A stretch of DNA of 63,812 nt, filler included, from Octopus bimaculoides (taxonomy: Eukaryota), in NCBI RefSeq assembly GCF_001194135.2. It is 8 parts of 7 records of this genome, joined end to end, with 100 filler letters (N's around TTAATTAATTAA, not from the genome) between each part and the next. Parts side by side here need not be neighbours in the genome. Positions count along the whole stretch, not along the records: positions 38,680 to 41,721 come from NC_068985.1; positions 41,822 to 46,459 come from NC_068987.1; positions 46,560 to 55,814 come from NC_068995.1; 5 more parts are not named here. The stretch is one strand, 5' to 3'. The notes under the pieces were generated by a model. That model had not been told where the DNA came from and did no database searches. It saw only the letters and a list, made by a program, of their open reading frames with translations. Made by a program: the position numbers and the translations under genes. This document shows positions 39,686 through 51,079 of this stretch, in pieces (the first letter of the stretch is position 1; each line of letters opens with the position of its first letter).

Positions 39686-40407
39686 ATACTACGTTTTTAT
39701 GTTAAGACGTATTCCACAAGTTCTGAGCGTTTCTTCACGTCTGCAGCGTTGATATTTTAAATTTTGTATTTATATATAGTCTGACGAGCTGTGGGTGCGA
39801 AACCTTTGATAACTCTGTGTCCAAGATATAAAATTGTTGTTGTAATATATATATATATANNNNNNNNNNNNNNNNNNNNNNNNNNNNNNNNNNNNNNNNN
39901 NNNNNNNNNNNNNNNNNNNNNNNNNNNNNNNNNNNNNNNNNNNNNNNNNNNNNNNNNNNNNNNNNNNNNNNNNNNNNNNNNNNNNNNNNNNNNNNNNNNN
40001 NNNNNNNNNNNNNNNNNNNNNNNNNNNNNNNNNNNNNNNNNNNNNNNNNNNNNNNNNNNNNNNNNNNNNNNNNNNNNNNNNNNNNNNNNNNNNNNNNNNN
40101 NNNNNNNNNNNNNNNNNNNNNNNNNNNNNNNNNNNNNNNNNNNNNNNNNNNNNNNNNNNNNNNNNNNNNNNNNNNNNNNNNNNNNNNNNNNNNNNNNNNN
40201 NNNNNNNNNNNNNNNNNNNNNNNNNNNNNNNNNNNNNNNNNNNNNNNNNNNNNNNNNNNNNNNNNNNNNNNNNNNNNNNNNNNNNNNNNNNNNNNNNNNN
40301 NNNNNNNNNNNNNNNNNNNNNNNNNNNNNNNNNNNNNNNNNNNNNNNNNNNNNNNNNNNNNNNNNNNNNNNNNNNNNNNNNNNNNNNNNNNNNNNNNNNN
40401 NNNNNNN

Positions 40408-40472
<65 letters not shown>

Positions 40473-40473
40473 G

Positions 40474-40520
<47 letters not shown>

Positions 40521-40824
40521 TAGACAGACAGATGTGTATATAAAGATGGATGCATACATATTTATATACCTATATATATTTAATGTATATATAATACAAA
40601 CACACCCATACATGTGTGTGCGTGTTTGTATATATGTATATAAAAATGCCTGGATAGATCATAAATTGATAGACAAGAGTTTATAGATATAAATATAGAT
40701 ATAACTACACATATATATTTCTGTATAGGTGATCGTATTATTGAGAAACAACAAAACTTTTACTGCTGGTGAGACACCATTCATTTAACAAGGTGCAGTT
40801 TATTGATAATATTGGATTGATCGG

Positions 40825-40975
40825 CCTTACGTTCTAAGGTCATATTCCACCGAGGTCGACTTTGCCTTTCATCCTTTCGTGGTCGATAAATTAAGTACCA
40901 GCTGCGTACTGGGGTCGATCTAATCGACTGGCTCCTTCCCCCAAAATTTTGGGCTTTGTGCTTAGAGTAGAAAAG
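40825..40975 (+). mobile_element. SINE family A, 5'-truncated, with perfect 17-bp TSD
   Basis: AATATTGGATTGATCGG at 40808-40824 and 40976-40992 flanks the B-box remnant, core and tail. Confidence 0.9.
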
Positions 40976-41392
40976 AATATTGGATTGATCGGGGGTTCAT
41001 GTGTCACCTTTAACGTCTTATTCATCCAGCGTAGAATTTAAACAATAGACTCCCCTCATGTATGCCTATATCAGGTAATTGATGTATTTGTATAACGTGA
41101 GTTTATTGCTTAGCATTTTATCTGGTTCAAAAAATCGTTAACAGCGAAAGTGCACATCTCCGAGGATTCAATGCTGTGTATAGATATATATTGTGTATAA
41201 ATACATAAAACAATGAAGTTGATTCTCGGTTCACATTTTGTATTAATTGCAATGGTGTAAGAATAAAAAAAATCAAGTGCTATTGTCAATGTAAAATAGT
41301 TTAAGTTATAAACAAAGCTGATGGTACGTGAGTCGCTCTTCAGAGTTTCCTGTTCGTGCACGGACATACATACATACATACATATATACATA

Positions 41393-41429
<37 letters not shown>

Positions 41430-41834
41430 AGTAAAAATAAATACAAAAAAAGGGGTTTTGTATGATTGTGTATAGAGGAATATATTATTTTGTTTAAAAG
41501 AGTTCCAACACTGTCTGTTTTTTATGTTTTACTTATATTCCTGCAAAACCAATGTGGGATATAGAATATGGAATATACAATATATGATATAATATACAAT
41601 ATATAATATAAAATAAAAATGGATGGTACAATGAAATAAAGTATTGAATGTTTTATTGAATATATGGAATATGTCTTATTGAATAGATGAAATATTGACT
41701 GTTCAATATAAAGGATTAAATNNNNNNNNNNNNNNNNNNNNNNNNNNNNNNNNNNNNNNNNNNNNTTAATTAATTAANNNNNNNNNNNNNNNNNNNNNNN
41801 NNNNNNNNNNNNNNNNNNNNNTATATATATATAT

Positions 41835-41926
41835 AGTTCAAAAACACAATAACAAAAAAACAAAAACACAACAAAGTGAGGACGTGATATGGATAGTATT
41901 ATTGGACGCTCAGGAAAGGAAAGAGA
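41835..41926 (-). mobile_element. Same repeat, short copy 2 (lacks the ribozyme core)
   Basis: Direct similarity to 27-125; (TA)n on both sides. Confidence 0.75.
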
Positions 41927-42515
41927 ATATATATATATATATATATATATACCTTTATATACATACACGCATATGTAAGTATATGTATTCTAAGTTAAAG
42001 AGTGGTTTCTATATCATATTGTTTATATTTCACAATCATAGTTTTGCCCTAAAGCTGATATCAGTTGGCAAATATAAACACAGAGAGTATTGGTTTGAAT
42101 GGAGTGACAAACATTTCATACAACGAAAGGGCGGTGGTTTGGCAGCTTGTTATTGTTATTGAACTGATTGTTGTGTTTGTTGTTGTTGCTGCTGCTGGTT
42201 GTATCGCCGTTGTTTGTTTAGTCCTATCCTGATGAAGCAGATATATGACCATTTCGTACTATTTTTTTTCTGTTGCAAGGGACCCATAACCACATATCCA
42301 ACATGCTATTTTGTAACACGATGAGGCTGTTATTTTCTCGGTCGATGAGGCTCTTGTCAAAGGATGGCACGCGGCCTTGTTCCCTACAGAAGTTCACTGC
42401 CGCGGTTTTCCATCTATTTCCTGCAAAAGAAATCCACTAAGGAGATAATCAAAGCAACTGAAACTAGCTGAAGGTGAGCTTAAGATGTCTGCGTTTGGCA
42501 AGAGACTGCACTAGA

Positions 42516-42678
42516 GGGGTTATCGGTCGGTGGGCGCCGGTGCCCCTCCCATATTTTACTCATCTTTTTGTATTCATTTCATTCATTAATGTCCGTGTCC
42601 AGCCCGCAGCTTCTTTATGTCTGTTTGTCTTTGTTTGTCCCCTCTATGTAATGCCTTTATGGCAAAATTTATGAAATA
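42516..42678 (+). mobile_element. 163-bp retroposed 3' end (probable LINE 3' UTR) with perfect 16-bp TSD
   Basis: AAGAGACTGCACTAGA at 42500-42515 and 42679-42694; insert ends ttgtttgtcccctctatgt..gccttt..gaaataaa. Confidence 0.75.
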
Positions 42679-43454
42679 AAGAGACTGCACTAGAATATTT
42701 CTGAGGCGAATGCTAATTCAATCCTCACTGTCCTACTCAGGTAAAGCGTACAAGCAGGGCTGGATTAGCTGTTAAGCAAAGTAAGCTCGTGCTTAGGGCA
42801 TCAAGGGAAGGGGAGGCACCACAAAAATGGTAAATGGTTTACAGCACAAAAGAAATCACTTCAAACTTGCTAAAATAATATTTGAAGTGGTTTATATGAT
42901 CGGAAAAATTATCGGATGGCTTATTATTGCCGGTTTTGAATTACAAATATATGGAGGCACCAGAATCCTTTAAGTGCGGTGTTGTGTAACACTTTATCTA
43001 CTCAAAACAAATTCACACACAAGAATTTCTTGGACTGGACCCTTGGTTCTAAGAAGTGGTCTCACTCGGTCTCGAGTCGACTTCCACCATGTATGCAAGA
43101 ATTTAATGTCTGCGTAAAGAAATGAAATTCTATAAAGTAAGCAGACTGGCTGAATTAGAAGATAGCGATAAATTTTATTGACGCNNNNNNNNNNNNNNNN
43201 NNNNNNNNNNNNNNNNNNNNNNNNNNNNNNNNNNNNNNNNNNATATATACAAACATATATGTATGTATGCATATGTAGTATATAATGTATATGTATATGT
43301 ACAATTCGTGCGTGTGTATGTAAGTGGAATTGGAAAGAAAGAGCGATATAATATACGAATTAATCAATGAGATAGTATCTCACGAGATTCCAAACTTTAC
43401 GGAATGTTAATCGTAAAATTGTTTCACTATATATTTATGAATATATATGTATGT

Positions 43455-43487
<33 letters not shown>

Positions 43488-43607
43488 TATGTGTGTGAGT
43501 GTGCGTGCGCGTATTCGTGCGTGTGTAAAGATATGTGTTTATGGAGTGTGTGTATATACATAAAAAATACTGTGTACATATGTTGTCTGTATGAATATGA
43601 TTATATT

Positions 43608-43825
43608 CATATTGGTTTCAAATTTCGACTCAAGGCCAGTAACTTCGGAACTAACAGTTAGTCGATTGCATGGATCTCAGTGCACAACTGGTACTTATTT
43701 TACCGACCCAGAAAGGATGAAAAGCAAAGTCGACCTCTGCAGTATTTGAACTCAAAACATAAAGACGGACACAATGTCTCAAAGTATTTTGCCCGATGCA
43801 GTAACCATTCTGCCACCTTACCGCC
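43608..43825 (-). mobile_element. SINE family A, near full-length, diverged
   Basis: Reverse complement: ggcgg..ggtggcagaatggttac..tttgagttcaaatactgcagaggtcgactttgcttttcatcctttc..aataagtaccagttg. Confidence 0.8.
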
Positions 43826-43947
43826 TTAATCATTACAGTCATATTACTATCATTATGGCGTTTCTTCTCTCTGTCTCTCTGTATCAGTTTACCTATATGG
43901 AAGCACGCACATATGCATGCTTGCTTTCATACATACATGTGTGTGTA

Positions 43948-44351
43948 GTTTGTCCGCCGATGCGACGAAGATCATCTAGTCATCCTCGGGTGGGGGTGGG
44001 CTTTTTTTTTGTGAGTCCGCAGATGGCTAGTGAGGCCAATCTGCGCCCGAAAGAGTCTTTTTACATTGTGGGCAGGGAATGGCAGCGCCTGCTATAGGGT
44101 TGTTAGCTCTGTTCTTCCTAGCTTGTCTGCGGTCTTCTGCAGCAGCGATCCTATTGGTCTCGCATGTTGACAGCTGGTAGCCACCCTTCTCTGTCTAGAG
44201 CAGACTGCTCCCAAGTGTCATGGTCGATGTTGAAGGCTTTCGGTGATGCTTTCAGTGTGTCCTTAAAGCGCTTTTTCTGGCCGCCTTGTGAGCGCTTTCC
44301 CTCGCTAATGAGCAATCTTTTTGGTAATTGATCGTCTGACATGCGAGGTAC
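43948..44351 (-). mobile_element. RTE-clade (BovB-like) LINE 3' end
   Basis: VPRMSDDQLPKRLL..EGKRSQGGQKKRFKDTLKAS..WEQSALDR..; terminal C2H2-like CPQC..FRAQIGLTSHLRTH; short 3' UTR gatcttcgtcgcatcggcggacaaac. Confidence 0.85.
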
Positions 44352-44619
44352 ATACATACATACATACATACATACATACATACATACATACATACTTTAT
44401 GTAAGGCTGTACGATCAGGTAAAACAAACGTTCGAAATTTTTTCTAGTCCTCTATTTCAAACAAGAGAGAACACATTGGATGGCGTTATATATTTAATAC
44501 ATATATATATTTTTTAATTTACCATTTAGTAAGAAAATGAAAAGTAGAGCCCGTGGAAAACTTTAAGACCTCTGAAGATGAGGGGAAGGAAGGAGAAGGC
44601 TACCTACTGATTGGAGACC

Positions 44620-44735
44620 TGTTCTGAATATTTAAAGCCAAATGGATTCTAGCAAAGGCAATCCAAAGACCAGCTAGGTAGTGATGTCAAACAGGGCTAC
44701 GTATTAAGCCTACCACTCTTCAACATAATGTTAAT
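44620..44735 (+). mobile_element. Small LINE RT fragment (RTE-like)
   Basis: SDVKQGYVLSLPLFNIML resembles the GVKQGCVLSPxLFNI motif. Confidence 0.6.
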
Positions 44736-44749
44736 CAGATAACAGAAAC

Positions 44750-44890
44750 ATGGCTTTGGCCAGTGATCGTAATGAGGGGTTGGTAGAAGACTGTGGCCCA
44801 GGGTAGAAGTAGAAGATACGTGGCAATGCTGTACAGTGGGATCGTCTCTGAAACCACTTAGTATGCGATCGAATTTCTGAACCGCATAGG
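44750..44890 (-). mobile_element. SINE family B head, degenerate
   Basis: catggctttggcc..gtagaagac..gcccaggg..cagtggga..gaaaccac resembles 61055-61160. Confidence 0.45.
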
Positions 44891-44939
44891 ATCGTCTTTA
44901 AATATAAGTTTCGTTAATGAGGTTTTACCTAGAGCTGAC

Positions 44940-45419
44940 CAACTACAACAGCAAATACAATAAGGCAATGAAGATGACAAAGATGACGACAACGAGGATA
45001 ACAACAAGAAGAACAACTTCGGCGGTAATATCTACGACGATGATGAATACGGGAGGACGAGCTTTACAATAATAACACTGACGGCAATAACAAGAACAGC
45101 AAGAATAGAAAGAAGGAAGAGCTACGTGAGCAAAAGCAATAGGAACGACATTAGTAAAAACAAACCGACGATGACGACGACGGCGGCGGTGGTGGCGGCT
45201 GCGGCAATCACACCGATAACAAGAACAGCAGGAACACGAGCAACAATATAAAAACAACGACGGTGGCAATAACAGAGACGACGACAACAACAGCAACAAA
45301 ACTAATATTAACTAACGAGACTCTCGTGACGCTTTACTGGTACAGATTTACCGAAAATTAAACAGAATGATCATTATTAATAGAACGGAATGTGCACCAT
45401 TTTCAATGAGTCAAAGTGC

Positions 45420-45469
<50 letters not shown>

Positions 45470-45596
45470 CACTCTCACTGTCTATCTATCTATCTATCTA
45501 TCTATATATATATATATCTATGTATCTATCTATCTCTTGTAGTAGTGGTATAAGGATAATTTCGAAGCAACAATTATCGAAGCAACAATAGTAGTG

Positions 45597-45654
<58 letters not shown>

Positions 45655-45746
45655 AAGTAGTAGTAATAGTAGAAGTAGTAGTGGCAGTGGCAGTGGTAGT
45701 GGTAGTGGTAGTAGTAGTGGTAGTAGTAGTAGTAGTAGTGGTAGTG

Positions 45747-45809
<63 letters not shown>

Positions 45810-45949
45810 ATAGTAGTAGTAGTAGATAATGACTGTCATGGGGTCGCCAATGATGAAGACGATGATGATACCTATCAAAGGCATCAATCATCGTCATCGT
45901 CATCATCATCATCATCATCATAATCATCATCAACATCATCATCTTCATC

Positions 45950-45991
<42 letters not shown>

Positions 45992-46608
45992 GTCGTCGTC
46001 ATCGTCGTCGTCGTCATCATCATCGTCGTAGTGAATAAACAAAAGTAGGTTGCAATGAAAACACCAGCCTGGAAGCATATAGAGCTTAGATTACATACAC
46101 ACCTGCACACACACACACGCACACACGCCCGTATGTGTGTATTTGCGTATGTATATATATATATATATATATTTTTATATATATATATATATATTTTTAT
46201 ATATATATATATATATATATGTGCGTGTGTGTGCAGGTGTGTGTGCGTGTGCGTGCGTGTGTGTGCGTGTGTAATGCACCAGAAGAGCACTTCGCATTTA
46301 TCATGATTATTAATAGAAATTGTCCTTGTAAATGTTCCCGTTTACTTTCTTAACGCCGTGTTGGAAACATAAAAGAAACCATTGTTACGACCAATGTCAC
46401 CACCCTATTTGGGGCCCCAGGGGGAAAGATGAACGAATCTTGAATACTACCAGTATCCCNNNNNNNNNNNNNNNNNNNNNNNNNNNNNNNNNNNNNNNNN
46501 NNNTTAATTAATTAANNNNNNNNNNNNNNNNNNNNNNNNNNNNNNNNNNNNNNNNNNNNGTCTTACTGCTAAAGTCGCTTCCACCATCCGAGTGTATTCA
46601 CGTTTTAC

Positions 46609-46667
<59 letters not shown>

Positions 46668-47503
46668 CAGAGAGAGAGATACAGACAGAGAGAGAGAGAG
46701 AGACCAACCCAATCAAACTTATCTTCATAACAACAACAACAACAGCAACAATAACAGCGATATCAACAACAAAAACTGCAACAAGTGCGGCCATTGGCGG
46801 AGAGAATATTTGTGACAACGGCGTTAACGCGATCAACGAACTTTGGGGAACAACAACAACAACAGCAACTTCTCCGTCGACCATCCGACGACGCCATCAT
46901 CACCATCATCGTCAACAGCATCACCGACGACATCATCATAATCGTTGCTAGTATTTATCATCATCATCATCGCCATCATAATCATCATTGTCAACGGCAA
47001 TGTAAACAGTACCGCTTATTAGTATAATCGCCGTCGCTACCACCACCACAACCACTACCGCCACCACAGCCACTTCCACGATTACCTTTACCACAAGAAC
47101 AAGAATAAGGATTACTTCTACAACAACAACAATTATTACGACTACTACCGCTGCTGCTGCTGCTTCAGCTGTTATCGCCGCCGACATTGTCATCATCGTG
47201 GTGGCCACTTGAAGCGCCTCCCACCATCACTACTATCACAGCTGCCACTACGAAGACCACCACCACCACCACCACCACCACAACCATCACCACNNNNNNN
47301 NNNNNNNCCCCCCTCATCATCAACAACAACAACAACACTAGCATCGCCACCACTACCACTGCTGCCATCACCACTAACAACAGCATCACAAACGACACCA
47401 GCTACAACACCATCGTCTTCATCAGCAGGAACAGAAACAACTACATCAACTCGCGCAGCCCATATTTTATGTAGCATCAGCAGCAGCATCATCAGCAGCA
47501 GTG

Positions 47504-47537
<34 letters not shown>

Positions 47538-47575
47538 CACAAACATCAACAACCATATTGCACACACATTTTCCT

Positions 47576-47629
<54 letters not shown>

Positions 47630-47792
47630 AGAGAGATAGATATATACACACACGTTCACACACACAGACACACACACAAACACACACACAGACACACACA
47701 CGCACTCTAATTCGCTTGCACATGCACATATGCACATGCTCGCATACACAAACATACATGCGCGCACTCACACTTGCGGTTACAATTGAGAC

Positions 47793-47827
<35 letters not shown>

Positions 47828-47932
47828 TTGTAGCAACAAACACAAAACATTCACACTACTACTACTACTACTACTACTACCACTGCTGCTGCTACTACTG
47901 CAATAATAATAATAATAACAGCAGACCAGCTG
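44940..47932. repeat. Dense field of trinucleotide and dinucleotide microsatellites (AAC, CAG, TAG, CAT, ACC, AG, TA, CA)
   Basis: Directly visible; spans a scaffold join at 46460-46559. Confidence 0.9.
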
Positions 47933-48224
47933 NNNNNNNNNNNNNNNNNNNNNNNNNNNNNNNNNNNNNNNNNNNNNNNNNNNNNNNNNNNNNNNNNNNN
48001 NNNNNNNNNNNNNNNNNNNNNNNNNNNNNNNNNNNNNNNNNNNNNNNNNNNNNNNNNNNNNNNNNNNNNNNNNNNNNNNNNNNNNNNNNNNNNNNNNNNN
48101 NNNNNNNNNNNNNNNNNNNNNNNNNNNNNNACATCGCAGCAGACGCCGGCTGTGGTGTGCGTCTAAGAACATCTCGCTTCCTTTCGACCAACTTTCACCA
48201 CAACATTTAACGTTTGGAACCAGA

Positions 48225-48251
48225 CTTTATTTTCGTTTTCTCACTTTGCAG
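48225..48251 (+). promoter_or_regulatory. Candidate splice acceptor (polypyrimidine tract + CAG) for the exon containing the ZIP CDS
   Basis: ttattttcgttttctcactttgcag ending at 48251, about 430 nt upstream of the ATG. Could instead be part of the 5' UTR. Confidence 0.4.
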
Positions 48252-48683
48252 AAAAAAAAGAAAAAAATTTATTTAAGACAAAAAAAAAGAAAAGAAAAAA
48301 AGAGAAAAGAATTTTTAATCACGAAAAGAGAAAGAGACCAAAGTTGTTATAATTATATTTTTTTAGAAAAATATACGGAAAAAGAAAATATTTGATCGTG
48401 TTGTTTGAGACACACGCACGCACGCACGCACACATCTTTTTTTTTCTTTTTTTTTTTGAAATATTTTTATTATCTTTATCGTATTAAACCGACTGACCCT
48501 GTGGACACTCTACCAAACGCGGTTCGTTGCAGACAGAAAGAAGCTATTAGGAGTTCAGTTCCAGGTAGAATTGTGGCGGCCGTTGAACTGGACACTGAAA
48601 TCACGTCCAGTAATAATCATAACCACAACAACCACAGCTCTCCTGACAATCTAAACGGTGCGGGCCAGCAATGCCCGGTCGCT

Positions 48684-49934
48684 ATGGATGTGGTAGCGGC
48701 CAAGATAATAGCCTTGGTTATCCTAACAGCGCTGACCATGATGGCTGGCCTGCTACCGGTGAAACTGGTGAAATTTGTCGGCAAGTCCTTAATTAAAATG
48801 GACGGAACCATACAGTACCTTCTTAATGGATCGCGTTGTTTTTCTGGTGGCGTATTCCTCGCGACATGTTTTCTACATCTGATACCCGAAACTCGTGATA
48901 AGGTGAAGGAAGTGATGAAATACCTTGGCTCCACATCGCAGTACCCGGTCGCTGAATTGCTGACAATGTCCGGGTTTTACGCCGTGTTGTTTGTCGAACA
49001 AATAATTCAGCTGGTCTACAGAAAAATGCGAAGTCAGTCGCGAAAGATGGTCGGTGGTGAGAACACAAACCCACACACGATGCACAACCATCATCCGGGG
49101 GGTAGCCTAAGTATGAGTGCCCCCATCGGAAATCTAAGCTCGACCCCTCTGGGGGGTTTCAGTGTCAGCGGAGGCCTGATGGGCAGTGGTGCCGGCGGTG
49201 GTATGAGCAGTGGACTTGGAAATATTCCTAACAACGGAACCGGCGGTTGTGGTATAAGCGGAGGTGTTTTACCTCGAGAGATATTACCCACCACCGAAGA
49301 ACTCAGCTTAAATTCGCTGTCCAACGAGGAATACAATACAGGAACTGTGATAGAAGCCAACGTCGAAATTCAAGACGGTGTCGCTGCCGAGGCTGAATCA
49401 ATTGACTCGATATCGATACAGGAATTCGAACTAAAACGTGTAGTCGATGAACTTAAAAACCCTGACGCCGATCGGCATGTTTACATTCGCTCAATCATCT
49501 TTATTATAGCTCTTTCTTTCCACGGAATTTTCGAGGGAATGACCCTCGGATTGCAAAGTTTACAAAGCAATGTATGGACCCTATGTTTCGCTATTGCAGT
49601 GCACAGGTGTGTCCTGGCATTCGGCATGGGATACCAGCTGACCAAAGAGAACGAAGGACAAGGTATGGCATGTTTCTGTGTTGGTTGTTTTACTCTCATT
49701 CTTGGAATTGGTATAATCACAGGAATTTCTATATCATCAAGCACAAAACTGTACAGCCACGTCAACGTGCCCGATGCCATTCTGCAAAGTGTGGCGACTG
49801 GGACAATTTTTTACATCATATTCTTTGATATACTTTTTAAAGACTTACAGGGCCACGACGACTTAAGAAGAATCTCGTGCACGTTTGTCGGGTTTTGTAT
49901 GATGGCTGTTATATTTGCTATATCACGGTCATGA
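48684..49934 (+). CDS. SLC39A1/3-like (ZIP): ZIP-family (SLC39 subfamily II, ZIP1/2/3-like) zinc/metal transporter, 416 aa, single coding exon
   Basis: Uninterrupted ORF from ATG 48684 (gctATGg, good Kozak context) to TGA 49934. Eight hydrophobic segments with ZIP hallmarks: CFSGGVFLATCFLHLIPE, YPVAELLTMSGFYAVLFVEQI, IALSFHGIFEGMTLG (TM4 HxxxEG), IAVHRCVLAF (TM5 His), LQSVATGTIFYIIFFDIL. Long TM3-TM4 loop. Exact orthologue not resolvable. Confidence 0.95.
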   Translation: MDVVAAKIIALVILTALTMMAGLLPVKLVKFVGKSLIKMDGTIQYLLNGSRCFSGGVFLATCFLHLIPETRDKVKEVMKYLGSTSQYPVAELLTMSGFYAVLFVEQIIQLVYRKMRSQSRKMVGGENTNPHTMHNHHPGGSLSMSAPIGNLSSTPLGGFSVSGGLMGSGAGGGMSSGLGNIPNNGTGGCGISGGVLPREILPTTEELSLNSLSNEEYNTGTVIEANVEIQDGVAAEAESIDSISIQEFELKRVVDELKNPDADRHVYIRSIIFIIALSFHGIFEGMTLGLQSLQSNVWTLCFAIAVHRCVLAFGMGYQLTKENEGQGMACFCVGCFTLILGIGIITGISISSSTKLYSHVNVPDAILQSVATGTIFYIIFFDILFKDLQGHDDLRRISCTFVGFCMMAVIFAISRS

Positions 49935-50274
49935 AAAGTTTAAACAGGACTCATTTCTATGTATATATGTGAATAATGTATGTGTTTGTGTGTGACCAAA
50001 TGCGAAAACAAATTGAACAGGAAATATAATGAAAGGACACGACAGAGACGACTTATATTCCTTTCAAATGAGAGAAATTATACATTCTTAATAAGGCTGT
50101 AATGTAAATAGAACTATTACAATATTATCATTATTACTTTTTATTTTTATTACTATTGATATTATTCTTATTATTATTACAGTTATTATTATATTTATTA
50201 TTATTAATAATATTATATTGATCATTATTTTTCTCCTTTTTGTTAATATTCATACATGAGAATTCTATTCTATA

Positions 50275-50280
50275 AATAAA
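50275..50280 (+). promoter_or_regulatory. Candidate polyadenylation signal for the ZIP mRNA
   Basis: AATAAA about 340 nt after the stop in an AU-rich stretch. Such hexamers are common in AT-rich DNA. Confidence 0.3.
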
Positions 50281-50283
50281 GAA

Positions 50284-50325
<42 letters not shown>

Positions 50326-51079
50326 TACATGTAAGATATATTATTGTCGGAATAATAATAATAACAATAAAAAAAAGAAGAGAAAGAAGAAACTCATTCC
50401 AATACAATGAAATTCTTTTAGACTTTTATTTTCTTCAATTAAATTGTGTTTAAATATTTCATTTCTCATTGAAGCAAAATTTTTTTTTTTTTTAAATCGT
50501 GATTTACGCTACTTCCGAAGGAAACACCACGTGCAACCGACTAAGTTCTTCTTACTGACAGCTTATACTTTCAATATTCATGTTGTTTAAAGCATTCTTT
50601 CTCATCATCATCATCATTACGAACGTTGTTGTTGCTGTTCTTGTCGTACTTGTTGTTATTATTATTACTATTATTGTTGTTGTTGTTGTTGTTATCTCAG
50701 TATTTTTCTATTTCGCGATTGCCATTCGGTTAAATAGCACACCGTACTGTGTATACCTTGTGCACATAGAATATTTTTGTTTTGGTTTAATGTTTCCTAT
50801 ATACACTGACATTCCTCTCTTATACAATATATGTGGAGTGCATCTATTACTGCTATTTTCTGGATGTTCTGCCAAACTGCAAGTCCTGTGTTGGCGGGGT
50901 GGGGTCTTCTGTATGTACCTACCTGTGTTTTGTTCTTTGTTTTGTTTTGTTCAGTGCTACCAAAGCAATTATTATTATAAGGGCGGTTTGGTTTCTGTTT
51001 ACAAATCCCACTTTCTGTTTATCTCTATTTCAAGTGCTGCATATTTAGATAATTTCTCTATAGTTTTCATTTTTTAGAG

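Noticed and set aside
42229-42260. CTGATGA hammerhead seed (also CTGAAGA at 52706)
   Set aside because: No stem II or GAAA follows.
47559-47765. Metal-response elements TGCRCNC upstream of the ZIP gene (47559, 47759)
   Set aside because: They lie inside CA/GC microsatellite-like sequence where the motif is expected by chance.
45498-47843. Poly-A/V/H/T/P ORFs such as 47209-47802
   Set aside because: Translations of microsatellites in several frames at once; no domain, no splice support.
48405-48480. ORF-track start (TTG) giving 509 aa
   Set aside because: The first 25 codons are CA repeat and poly-T; not a credible start.
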